Shown piece by piece: positions 1-8,910 of a stretch of DNA of 64,000 bases (positions are counted from its first letter, which is position 1; each line of letters starts with the position of its first letter). The notes beneath the pieces were generated by a model. That model was not told where the DNA came from and did not search any database. It saw only the letters and a program-made list of their open reading frames with translations. The stretch lies in contig JAYZQJ010000074.1 of assembly GCA_036149055.1 (NCBI GenBank), positions 22,454-86,453 of the forward strand, read 5' to 3'. The stretch comes from Myxococcota bacterium. GTDB lineage: Bacteria > Myxococcota_A > Polyangia > Polyangiales > Sandaracinaceae. The translations under genes and the position numbers were made by a program.

Positions 1-2
1 CG

Positions 3-1715
3 GCGCGCTGCGTCTTCACCGGCGACTGCGTGGACGACGACGACTGCGGGGTCGGGGCGCGCTGCCAGGACGCGCGCTGCGTGGCCACCGGGTGCGGGCG
101 CGACTCGGACTGCCGCGCCGACGAGGTCTGCTCGATCCTGCTCCGCCGCTGCGTGCCCCGCGACGCGTGCGCCCGCGACGCCGACTGCGCGCCCGGGCAG
201 CTCTGCCTGGTCGGCAACTGCACCCCGATCCCGAGGTGCACCACGAGCGCGGACTGCCCGCCCCCGCAGCGCTGCGACGGCTTCCGCTGCGTGCCGGGGC
301 CGGAGTGCCGGAGCGACGCCGAGTGCCGCATGGACGAGCGCTGCGACGGCGACACCTGTCAGCCCATCACCTGCGCCGCCGACCCCGACTGCCGCGGGGG
401 CTGGCGCTGCATCGCGAGCCGGTGCCTGCCGCCCTTCATCTGCGGCAGCGACGCCGACTGCCCGTTCCCGGGCCAGGTCTGCCGGGACCGGATGTGCGAG
501 GTCCCCGGCGGCTGCACCGCGGACGCCGACTGCCCGGCGATGGCCCCGGTGTGCATCGACGGCGCGTGCGTCCCGCTCCCGCCGCCCACCTGCAGCCGCG
601 ACGCCGACTGCCCGCGAGGGCAGGAGTGCAACTTCGGGTTCTGCGAGGAGCGGCGGGTCTGCCCGACCGACTTCACCTGCCCGCCCGGCTCGGTCTGTGA
701 GCGCGGGGCCTGCGTCGTCCCGCCCGAGTGCTCCACCGCCGCCGACTGCATGGCGAGCGGGATGGACTGCGTGGACGGGCGCTGCGTGCCGACCGGGGTG
801 TGCGCCGGCGACGCCGACTGCCCCAGCCTCTACGCGTGCGTGAGCGGGAGCTGCGTCTTCGTGGGCAGCTGCGGCCGCGACGCCGACTGCATGCCGGGCT
901 TCCGCTGCGTGCTCGGCAACTGCGAGCTCGTCCCGGGGTGCACCTCCGACGCGGACTGCGGCGCCGGCGAGACCTGCGTGAGCGGCAGCTGCAGCGACGC
1001 CCCGTGCCGACGCGACGGCGACTGCGCGGCGGGCGAGGTCTGCAACCTGGGCACCCGGACCTGCGTCCCGGACATCACCTGCGGCTCGACCGCGGACTGC
1101 CCGCTCGGCTGGAGCTGCATCGGCGACCAGTGCTACTCGTTCCCCTTCTGCAGCCCGCCGGGCACGATGGGGGGCTGCCCGCCCGGCACGGTCTGCGCCG
1201 ACTCGAGCGTCTGCTTCGTCGCCCCCGAGTGCGCGAGCGACCGCGACTGCGGCGCGGGGGAGCGCTGCGACGCGGGCTACTGCCAGCCCACGACCTGCGC
1301 CGGCGACGACGACTGCGCCTTCCAGTGGAGCTGCGTGTCCAGCCGCTGCCTGCCCTGGTTGCTCTGCGGCTCGGACGCCGACTGCCCGGACATGCGCACC
1401 TGCGTCAACAACACCTGCACGGTCCCCGGCGGCTGCATGCGGGACGCGGACTGTCCACCGACCCAGAGCTGCTTCGCCGGGCTCTGCTTCAGCCTGCCGC
1501 CGCCCGCGTGCACCACCGACGCCGACTGCATCGCCGGCGAGCGCTGCCAGCTCGGCTTCTGCCAGCCGAGCACGCCCTGCCGGATCAGCCGCGACTGCCC
1601 GACCGACCAGGTCTGCGTGGGCGGCTTCTGCCGGCTGCCGACCGAGTGCCTGAGCGACGCGGACTGCGGCCCGACCGAGCGCTGCGACGAGCGCGCCCAG
1701 TGCGTGCCCAGGTGA
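3..1715 (+). CDS. Cys-rich repeat protein (5' partial, runs off window start)
   Basis: Frame is open from position 3 (ARCVFTGDC..). Many tandem C-x-x-D-x-D-C-x4/5-C-x4-C units, GC3-rich codons, TGA at 1713-1715. Confidence 0.85.
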   Translation, partial: ARCVFTGDCVDDDDCGVGARCQDARCVATGCGRDSDCRADEVCSILLRRCVPRDACARDADCAPGQLCLVGNCTPIPRCTTSADCPPPQRCDGFRCVPGPECRSDAECRMDERCDGDTCQPITCAADPDCRGGWRCIASRCLPPFICGSDADCPFPGQVCRDRMCEVPGGCTADADCPAMAPVCIDGACVPLPPPTCSRDADCPRGQECNFGFCEERRVCPTDFTCPPGSVCERGACVVPPECSTAADCMASGMDCVDGRCVPTGVCAGDADCPSLYACVSGSCVFVGSCGRDADCMPGFRCVLGNCELVPGCTSDADCGAGETCVSGSCSDAPCRRDGDCAAGEVCNLGTRTCVPDITCGSTADCPLGWSCIGDQCYSFPFCSPPGTMGGCPPGTVCADSSVCFVAPECASDRDCGAGERCDAGYCQPTTCAGDDDCAFQWSCVSSRCLPWLLCGSDADCPDMRTCVNNTCTVPGGCMRDADCPPTQSCFAGLCFSLPPPACTTDADCIAGERCQLGFCQPSTPCRISRDCPTDQVCVGGFCRLPTECLSDADCGPTERCDERAQCVPR

Positions 1716-1789
1716 AAGAAGGATCGCGGTGAGGCGTCGTGCTCTCCTCTTGCGCGAATGCGCGCGGGGGATGAATCTCGGGGGAGCCA

Positions 1790-2476
1790 GTGACCTCCGG
1801 TTCCTACGACGAGCCCGCCTCCGCGGGCGATGACGCGTTCATCGGGCGCTTCCTCCTCCTCGAGGACGACGGCGCGATCCGCGAGCGCCTGCGCGACCGC
1901 CTCGAGGCCCATCGGCCCGTCGAGGCGGCGGAGGGCGTCTCCCGCGCGCGGACGCTCCTGGCGGGCGAGCTGCCGTTCATCGGCTACGCCTTCGACATCC
2001 ACCTGGACGACGGGAGCGGGCTCCGGCTGCTCGACCAGCTCCGCGCCGCCGGCTCCACCGTGCCCGCGGTGGTGATGACCGGCCTGCCGATGACGCGGGA
2101 GCTGGTCCTGGAGGTCGGCCCGCTCGGGCGGCTCCTGCCCAAGCCCACCTCCCCCAACGCGGTGGACGCGTTCGACCAGGGCCTCGACGCCTTCGTGCGT
2201 GACGCGCTGCTGTTCGAGCGGCGCACCTACGGCCTCAAGGCGGCGCTCTTCGACCTCTCCGACGGCGAGCTGACGCCGACGATGATGGAGGTGGCCGTGC
2301 TGGGCGTGCGCGGCTGGTCCCGGGAGGAGATCGCCAAGCACCTCGGCATCTCGGCGACCACGGTGCGAAACCACGTGTCGGAGGTGCTCGACCGGTGCGG
2401 GCTCAAGGGCCAGAGCCTGCGCGCGCTGCGGCGCACGGTCGAGGAGCTGATCCCCGATCGGGCCGAGCGCGAGTAG
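1790..2476 (+). CDS. Response regulator with LuxR-type HTH
   Basis: Receiver motifs LLLEDD, FDIHLDDGSG, VVMTG, LPKP; C-terminal GWSREEIAKHLGISATTVRNHVS. Confidence 0.85.
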   Translation: MTSGSYDEPASAGDDAFIGRFLLLEDDGAIRERLRDRLEAHRPVEAAEGVSRARTLLAGELPFIGYAFDIHLDDGSGLRLLDQLRAAGSTVPAVVMTGLPMTRELVLEVGPLGRLLPKPTSPNAVDAFDQGLDAFVRDALLFERRTYGLKAALFDLSDGELTPTMMEVAVLGVRGWSREEIAKHLGISATTVRNHVSEVLDRCGLKGQSLRALRRTVEELIPDRAERE

Positions 2477-2510
2477 CACGGCGCCTTCGACGGGGTCATC
2501 CTGTCCGGGC

Positions 2511-3296
2511 ATGGGCCAGCGCGGCGGCCAACCGAAGAGCGAGCCACCGAGGCGCCCCGCCGTCCGGCGGACCGTCGCGAAGGACCGCGTCGGGCCGCTC
2601 CTCGAGTCCTTCTCGGAGGTGCGCCACCGCGCGTTCGGGCGCTCGCTCGAGGCGAAGCACCGCCAGACCACCGAGTCGCACCTCGCCGCGGCGCTCCTCC
2701 GCGAGGAGTCGGTGCGCCGGGCGGTCGCGGCGTGCGGCGCGGACCCGGACGACGTCGAGGCGCTCGTCGAGGGCACGGTGGATCAGGAGCCGCGCCGGCC
2801 GTGGTGGTCGCTGGCCCGCACCCGCGAGAGCCCCGGGCTGCTCTCGCTCTACGACCGCGCCCTCATGCACGCGATCAGCGCGGAGCTCGACCGGGTCAGC
2901 CCCGTGCTGCTGCTCATCCGCGTCGTCGAGTCGGCCCCGCCGAGCGTGGTGGCCGAGCGGCTCCTCGCCTTCGACGTCGACGAGGCCAGGCTCAAGCGCT
3001 GGGCGGCCCACGGCCGGGTGGACGACGCGCCGCTCCCGCGGGGATCCGGGCGCGCCGGCGTGCGGCTGCTCGACGACCCGTTCACCACGAAGGAGGCGGT
3101 GATCGCGCTGCTCACCACCCACCTCGACCTGGACGAGGAGCGCGCCGAGCGGCTGATGCTCCGGGTGCACGAGGGCGGCCGCGCGGTCGTCGGACGCGGG
3201 CCCTGGGACTGGGCGCGCCAGAAGGCGGAGGCGATCCGCGAGGAGGCCCGCGCCATGGGCTTCCCCCTCGGCGTCGAGCTCGAGCCCGAGGAGTGA
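2511..3296 (+). CDS. Clp N-terminal domain fused to ClpS-like adaptor domain
   Basis: N part HRQTTESHLAAALLREESVRRAVAACGAD resembles the ClpA N domain; C part LLDDPFTTKEAV..LMLRVHEGGRAVVG..ARAMGFPL resembles ClpS. Start uncertain. Confidence 0.75.
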   Translation: MGQRGGQPKSEPPRRPAVRRTVAKDRVGPLLESFSEVRHRAFGRSLEAKHRQTTESHLAAALLREESVRRAVAACGADPDDVEALVEGTVDQEPRRPWWSLARTRESPGLLSLYDRALMHAISAELDRVSPVLLLIRVVESAPPSVVAERLLAFDVDEARLKRWAAHGRVDDAPLPRGSGRAGVRLLDDPFTTKEAVIALLTTHLDLDEERAERLMLRVHEGGRAVVGRGPWDWARQKAEAIREEARAMGFPLGVELEPEE

Positions 3297-3297
3297 C

Positions 3298-4140
3298 CTA
3301 CAACCCGAAGGCGAGCAGGGTACAGGTCTGCCCGACCGCGTCGGCGGGCCGGGTGTTCGGGATCTCCACCCGGTCGAGCTGGGTGGGCGCGCTCCCCGGG
3401 AAGACGACGTGCACGCGCGCGGAGCCGTGGGCGGGCACCCGCACCGGCGTCACCCAGGCGTCCGCGCCCGGCAGGCTGACCGGGCGGAGCGCGCGGCCGT
3501 CTCGGTCGGCGAAGGTCGCGGCGCCGATCGGGCCGAGCTGGAGGGTGCGGTCGGCGGGGTTCTCGAACACGAGCCAGACGCGTCGCCCGCCGTCGGGCAG
3601 CTGGCGCGGCACCGGGGCCACCGGCTCCTCGCCGTCCACCCGCACCGTCGCGCCCTCGCAGATGTCGCTGGCCCGCGCCGGCGGCAGCCCGGGCGGCGCG
3701 CTCGGCGGCGAGGAGGGAGGAGAGCGCATCCCCTGGGCCAGCTGCTCGAGCAGCTCTCGCATGCCCTCGCCGATCCCGCGCATCGCCTCGCCCAGATCGG
3801 CGCCCGGCAGCGCGCACTCGGCGATCACCGCGTCGCCCTCCCGCGGCGCGCCGGTGCCCGGGAGCAGCACCAGGGCCGGCTCGCCCCCCGCCGCCGTCGC
3901 CAGCGCGCACGCGTCCTGCCGGAGGGTCACCTGGTGGTCGCTCGAGATCGACAGCTCCACGTCGACCTGCCCCTCGATGACGGTGACGCCCTCGACCTGG
4001 CCGACGCGCACGCCGGAGACCATCACCGGCGAGCCCTCGCCGAGGCCCGCGCCCTGGCTGATCCGCGCGTGGTGGGTGTCGTCGCAGCCGACGCACATCG
4101 ACGCGGCCAGCGCGATCGCGAGCGAGACTCGAAGCTTCAC
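3298..4140 (-). CDS. MlaD/MCE-domain lipoprotein
   Basis: Signal peptide ending CVGC; MCE motif AGLGEGSPVMVSGVRVGQV. Confidence 0.75.
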   Translation of the reverse strand: MKLRVSLAIALAASMCVGCDDTHHARISQGAGLGEGSPVMVSGVRVGQVEGVTVIEGQVDVELSISSDHQVTLRQDACALATAAGGEPALVLLPGTGAPREGDAVIAECALPGADLGEAMRGIGEGMRELLEQLAQGMRSPPSSPPSAPPGLPPARASDICEGATVRVDGEEPVAPVPRQLPDGGRRVWLVFENPADRTLQLGPIGAATFADRDGRALRPVSLPGADAWVTPVRVPAHGSARVHVVFPGSAPTQLDRVEIPNTRPADAVGQTCTLLAFGL

Positions 4141-4220
4141 GCCGCCAGTACACCGCAACCGTCCGCTCTGTTCCAGCCGGTAGAGGGCGGGGCGGCGAGC
4201 GGCGCGGTAGGCTCCCCGCC

Positions 4221-5387
4221 ATGCCGAGATTCCCGAACACCGCGTCCAGCGCGGGCAGCCTCAGCGACCGCGTGTTCAGCCGCCTCGCGGCGCGCGCCCG
4301 GCAGCACGACGGCCCCCTCTACCCGCTGCACGTGGGCGACACCTGGATGGAGCCGCTCGAGTCGGCGCGCGCGGAGGCCCAGCGCACCGAGGCGCATCCT
4401 CGCTTGCACAACTACGCGCCGGTCCAGGGAGAGCTCGCCCTCCTCGAGGCGATCGAGGCGCACCTGCAGCGCCGCGGCGAGTGCCTGGTGGACCGCGACT
4501 GCGTGCAGGTCACCAGCGGCGCGACGGCCGGGCTCAGCGTGGTGGCCGAGGCGCTCCTCGACCCCGGCGACGAGGTCCTCCTGCCCGCGCCGTTCTGGCC
4601 GCTGATCCGCGGCATCATCCGCAAGCGCGGCGCGGCCGCGGTGGAGGTGCCCTTCTTCGACCGCCTCGAGGATCCGGCGTGGGACGCGGAGGCGGCCCTC
4701 GAGGCGGCGGTGACCGAGAAGACCGCCGCGATCTACCTCAACACCCCCCACAACCCGACCGGGCGCATCCTCTCGGACGCGGAGATCGCGGCGGTCGCGA
4801 AGGTGGCCGAGCGTCACGATCTCTGGATCTGGTCGGACGAGGTCTACGAGGAGCTCTACTTCGGGGCGTTCCCGCCGAAGCCGGTGTGGGCGCGCGCCGA
4901 CTACCAGACGCGCTGCGTGGCCGTGCACTCGATGTCGAAGGCCTACGGGCTGGCCGGCGCCCGGGTCGGCTGGGCCCACGGGCCGCACGAGGCGATGAAG
5001 GCGATCCGCGGCGTGCAGACCTTCTCGACCTACTGCGCGCCGCGGCCGATGCAGCTCGGCGCGGCCAACGCCCTGCGGGAGGGCGGCGCGTGGCTGGAGC
5101 AGGCGCGCCGGAGCTACGAGGAGGCCGCCGAGCGCACCGCGCGCACCCTCGGACTGCGCAAGCCCGACGGCGGCACCTTCGTCTTCTTCGACGTCTCGGC
5201 CCGCCGCCGGGAGGGAGAGGACACCCTCGGCCTGCTCGAGCGCTGCCTCGACGCGGGCGTGCTCCTGACGCCCGGCGCCGCCTCCGGGGAGGCCTACGAG
5301 AGCTGGGTCCGCCTGTGCTTCACCAGCGTGCGCCCGGAGGAGCTCCAGGAGGCGCTGGATCGGATCGCGCCGATCGTCGGCGCCTGA
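4221..5387 (+). CDS. PLP-dependent aminotransferase class I/II
   Basis: NTPHNPTG, SDEVYE, SMSKAYGLAGARVG motifs. Confidence 0.92.
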   Translation: MPRFPNTASSAGSLSDRVFSRLAARARQHDGPLYPLHVGDTWMEPLESARAEAQRTEAHPRLHNYAPVQGELALLEAIEAHLQRRGECLVDRDCVQVTSGATAGLSVVAEALLDPGDEVLLPAPFWPLIRGIIRKRGAAAVEVPFFDRLEDPAWDAEAALEAAVTEKTAAIYLNTPHNPTGRILSDAEIAAVAKVAERHDLWIWSDEVYEELYFGAFPPKPVWARADYQTRCVAVHSMSKAYGLAGARVGWAHGPHEAMKAIRGVQTFSTYCAPRPMQLGAANALREGGAWLEQARRSYEEAAERTARTLGLRKPDGGTFVFFDVSARRREGEDTLGLLERCLDAGVLLTPGAASGEAYESWVRLCFTSVRPEELQEALDRIAPIVGA

Positions 5388-5391
5388 CCGC

Positions 5392-5712
5392 TCACCCGAG
5401 CGTGGCCCAGAGCTCGCACCAGCCGGCCGGGTGGATGGGGCCCTCCAGCACGCGGCAGCTGCCGCAGCGCCCCTCGCCGCCGGACTGGTAGTAGCGGCAG
5501 TTGTCGCAGCGCTCCTCCGGGCGCGGCGACTCGTCCACGTAGCTCTGCTGACGGCGGGCCGCGATGACGGCCTGCGAGAGCCCGGTGGTGTCGTCGCAGC
5601 GGAGCGCGGGCTCCCCCTGCTGCTCCTCGCCACACCCGACGAGCGACGGCGCGACCGCGGCCGCCCCGAGCACGAGCAGCGCCCTCCTCCGACCGATCTT
5701 CAGAGTCGTCAT
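5392..5712 (-). CDS. High-potential iron-sulfur protein (HiPIP), Tat-exported lipoprotein
   Basis: RRRALL twin-Arg signal, LVGC lipobox, CDNCRYY..C..IHPAGWC; GGAGG upstream of ATG at 5712. Confidence 0.85.
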   Translation of the reverse strand: MTTLKIGRRRALLVLGAAAVAPSLVGCGEEQQGEPALRCDDTTGLSQAVIAARRQQSYVDESPRPEERCDNCRYYQSGGEGRCGSCRVLEGPIHPAGWCELWATLG

Positions 5713-5757
5713 CGTGTCCTCCAACAGTTTCGGCCCACCCGACCGTGTCTACAGGCA

Positions 5758-5806
5758 TGGGGGCCCGATCCCCGGGCACAGGATACCCGCTGGGGGCCCG
5801 ATCCCC
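5758..5806. repeat. Perfect 16-bp direct repeat (2 copies, 33-bp period) in a divergent promoter region
   Basis: TGGGGGCCCGATCCCC at 5758-5773 and 5791-5806. Confidence 0.85.
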
Positions 5807-5888
5807 CGAGCCTCATCGCTCGTAGAGCATTCTCACAGACTTCCATCGCCAGCACGGCGATTGCAGCCGACCCGCTCGGGGGAGACGC

Positions 5889-6491
5889 ATGAACCCGCTC
5901 ACACGACTCGAAGAGACCCTCTCACCCGACCTCGCTCGGTGGCTTCACGCCGCGGAGGGGGATCTCTCGCTGGCCTGGCGCACCTGCCCTCGACCGGACT
6001 GGCTGATCCAGATCGCGCTGTCGCTCGGCGTCGATCGGAGCCTGGTGGTGCACGCGGCCCTCGAGGTCGCGGTCGACGCGGTCTCCCGCCACCGCATCGC
6101 CGATCTTCGCCCGCGCCGCGCGCTGATGACCGCCCTCGGCTGGATCGACGGGCGCGCGCCCGGCACCGAGACGTGGGCCCACGGCTTCGCGGCCAACGAA
6201 GTGGCGGAGGCGCTCGAGGGGCCGGCGCGGCACGCGGCCCACGCGGCGGCCTGCGTGGCCTTCGCCTGCGACGATCAGGCCGACGAGGCCTACTACGCGC
6301 ACCGCGCCTACGCGGCCCTCGCCGTGCGTCACGCGGCGAGCGCCCTCGACCCGGCGCGCTGCTGCGTGACGATCCGCGATCGCATCCCGCTCGCGGTCGT
6401 GCTCGAGCGCTTCGACGTGGCCTCGCGCCCGCCGCCGCCGCTCCCGCTCGGCCTCGACCCGGCCGAGATCAGCGACTCGTTCTACTGCTGA
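5889..6491 (+). CDS. Hypothetical helical protein (Imm5-like appearance)
   Basis: GGAG RBS plus ATG, normal codon bias; D-x-RPRRAL..W and AAHAAA segments reminiscent of Imm5-like proteins (weak). Confidence 0.7.
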   Translation: MNPLTRLEETLSPDLARWLHAAEGDLSLAWRTCPRPDWLIQIALSLGVDRSLVVHAALEVAVDAVSRHRIADLRPRRALMTALGWIDGRAPGTETWAHGFAANEVAEALEGPARHAAHAAACVAFACDDQADEAYYAHRAYAALAVRHAASALDPARCCVTIRDRIPLAVVLERFDVASRPPPPLPLGLDPAEISDSFYC

Positions 6492-6533
6492 CGGTGGACG
6501 CCCCGGGGGTTCGGCCCGACACTGCGGGCACCC

Positions 6534-7673
6534 GTGGAGCTGCGCATCGAGCTGAGGTCCGGCCTCGAGGGCATCGCGCCCGAGGCGTGGGACGCGCTGG
6601 CCGGAGAGAACGACCCCTTCGTCGAGCACGCGTTCCTGCACGCCCTCGAGGTGAGCGGGAGCGTCGGCGCGGACGCCGGGTGGCAGCCGCTGCACGTCAC
6701 GGTGTGGTCGGGCGAGCGGCTGATCGGCGCCCTCCCCCTCTACGCGAAGGACAATTCCTGGGGCGAGTTCATCTTCGACTTCGCCTGGGCCCGGGCCGCG
6801 CACCAGGCCGGCCTGCCCTACTACCCGAAGCTGGTCGCGATGGCGCCCTTCACCCCGGCGACCGGCAAGCGCTTCCTGGTGGCCGACGACGTCGACCGGC
6901 TCGAGGTCACCCGCGCGCTCCTGACCGGGGCCCGCGCCGCCGCCGACGAGGTGGACGCCTCCTCGATCCACCTGCTCTTCCTCACCGACGAGGAGCGCCG
7001 CCTCGCGGTGGAGCTCGGCTTCGCGCCGCGGCTCTCGGTGCAGTTCCACTGGGACGACGACGGCTACGCGACCTTCGACGACTACCTCGGGCGCTTCCGG
7101 TCCAAGAAGCGCAAGCAGGTGCGGAAGGAGCGGCGCGCGGTGGCGGAGAGCGGGCTCGAGATCGCGGTGAAGGAGGGCCCCGAGCTGACCGCGGACGACT
7201 GGGACGCGATCCACCGCTTCTACCGCGAGAACTGCATGCGGCACGGCTCCTACGGGTACCTGACGCCGGGGTTCTTCGACGTCGTGCGCCGCACCGACGC
7301 GCACCGCCTGGTGGCGGCCATCGCCTACCGCCGCGGGACCCCGGTGGCCGCGTCGATCAACTTCGAGAAGGGCGCGCACCTCTACGGCCGCTACTGGGGC
7401 TGCCTGGAGGACCACGACTTCCTCCACTTCGAGCTCTGCTACTACCGACTCATCGAGCGCGCCATCGCCCGGGGCATGACCCACTTCGAGGCGGGCGCGC
7501 AGGGCTTCCACAAGCTCAAGCGCGGGCTGCTGCCGGTGGAGATCCACAGCGCGCACTGGATCCGCGAGCCGGCCCTCGCCGAGGCGGTGGGCCGCTACCT
7601 CCCCTCGGAGGCCTTCCAGGTGAAGGCCGAGATCGCCGCGCTGCACGACCGAGCGCCGTTCCATCGCGAGTGA
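6534..7673 (+). CDS. FemAB-related GNAT family protein (DUF482-like)
   Basis: SWGEFIFDFAWA, YYPKL..PFTPATG, LYGRYWG, LHFELCYY, FEAGAQG.HKL.RG. Confidence 0.9.
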   Translation: MELRIELRSGLEGIAPEAWDALAGENDPFVEHAFLHALEVSGSVGADAGWQPLHVTVWSGERLIGALPLYAKDNSWGEFIFDFAWARAAHQAGLPYYPKLVAMAPFTPATGKRFLVADDVDRLEVTRALLTGARAAADEVDASSIHLLFLTDEERRLAVELGFAPRLSVQFHWDDDGYATFDDYLGRFRSKKRKQVRKERRAVAESGLEIAVKEGPELTADDWDAIHRFYRENCMRHGSYGYLTPGFFDVVRRTDAHRLVAAIAYRRGTPVAASINFEKGAHLYGRYWGCLEDHDFLHFELCYYRLIERAIARGMTHFEAGAQGFHKLKRGLLPVEIHSAHWIREPALAEAVGRYLPSEAFQVKAEIAALHDRAPFHRE

Positions 7674-7716
7674 TGCGCCCGGGCCCGGATTCGGGGTAGT
7701 CTCTCTCTCCCACGTC

Positions 7717-8868
7717 ATGCGCAGGGACAAGCCCGGAAAGATCATCGCGGGGCGCTACGAGCTGCTCGAGCCGGCAGGCGAAGGCGGCATGGCCGTCGTC
7801 TGGCGGGCGCTCGTCCGGGGCGCCGGCAAGTTCGCGCGCCCGGTCGCCGTCAAGCGCATCCACGCGACGAAGGGCGCCGACAACCACTTCATCCGCCTCT
7901 TCGAAGAGGAGGCGCGGGTGGGCGCCGGGCTCCAGCACCCGAACGTGGTGCAGATCATGGACTTCGGCGTCGACGACGACGGCGACTACTTCCTCGTGAT
8001 GGAGTGGATCGAGGGGCTGGACCTGCATCACTGGGTCCGCAGCCACCCGCGCGGCCTCCAGCTCACGCCCTGGCCGCTGGTCACCGCGATCGGGGTCGAC
8101 GTGCTGCGCGCGCTCGGGGCGGCCCACGAGCGCCGCGACGACGCCGGCGCGCTCTCGCCCGTCTACCACCGCGACGTCTCCCCCTCGAACGTGCTGCTCG
8201 GCACCAACGGCACGATCAAGCTCACCGACTTCGGGCTCGCGCGCGCCATGGACCGGGCGAGCATGACCCGCCCGAACGTCATCAAGGGCAAGCTCGCCTA
8301 CTGCGCGCCCGAGCTCATCAGCGGCGCCAAGGCCTCGGCCCAGAGCGACCTCTTCGCGCTCGGCGTGGTGCTCTGGGAGGCGCTCTCGCAGCAGCGCCTC
8401 TTCACCGGCAAGAACGACCTCGAGGTGCTGCTCTCGGTCCGCAAGGGCGAGATCCCGAGGGTCAGCGAGGTGCGGACCGACATCCCGGCGCCGCTCGAGC
8501 TGGCCATCCAGCAGGCCCTCGAGCCCGATCCGAAGAACCGCTTCGAGACCGCGACCGAGATGGCGCGCGCGCTCGCCGCGATCCTGCGCACCCACCCCGA
8601 GCCGATCGACGCGGAGCCGATGGGCAAGAGCGTCCGGCAGGCCGCGGAGCGCCTCGGGCTGGCCAAGAAGGCCAAGGGCGCCGCGCCCCAGGACCCGAGC
8701 GTGCACGACCTCAGCCTCAGCGACGTGGAGATCGTCGACCCCGAGGTCAAGAGCCTGGAGCTCGACATCTCGGTGCAGGAGGTCCCGCCTCCTTCGCCGG
8801 TCTCCTCGTCCGAGTCGAAGGCCCCGGTCCGCGGCCTCTGGTCCGAGAAGGACGACGGCAGCGGTTGA
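7717..8868 (+). CDS. Ser/Thr protein kinase (Hanks type)
   Basis: GEGGMAVV, VAVK, HRDVSPSN, DFG, APE. Confidence 0.93.
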   Translation: MRRDKPGKIIAGRYELLEPAGEGGMAVVWRALVRGAGKFARPVAVKRIHATKGADNHFIRLFEEEARVGAGLQHPNVVQIMDFGVDDDGDYFLVMEWIEGLDLHHWVRSHPRGLQLTPWPLVTAIGVDVLRALGAAHERRDDAGALSPVYHRDVSPSNVLLGTNGTIKLTDFGLARAMDRASMTRPNVIKGKLAYCAPELISGAKASAQSDLFALGVVLWEALSQQRLFTGKNDLEVLLSVRKGEIPRVSEVRTDIPAPLELAIQQALEPDPKNRFETATEMARALAAILRTHPEPIDAEPMGKSVRQAAERLGLAKKAKGAAPQDPSVHDLSLSDVEIVDPEVKSLELDISVQEVPPPSPVSSSESKAPVRGLWSEKDDGSG

Positions 8869-8910
8869 AACGCGGTCTCTGCCACCGGTAACTTGAAACC
8901 GGAGGTGGGG

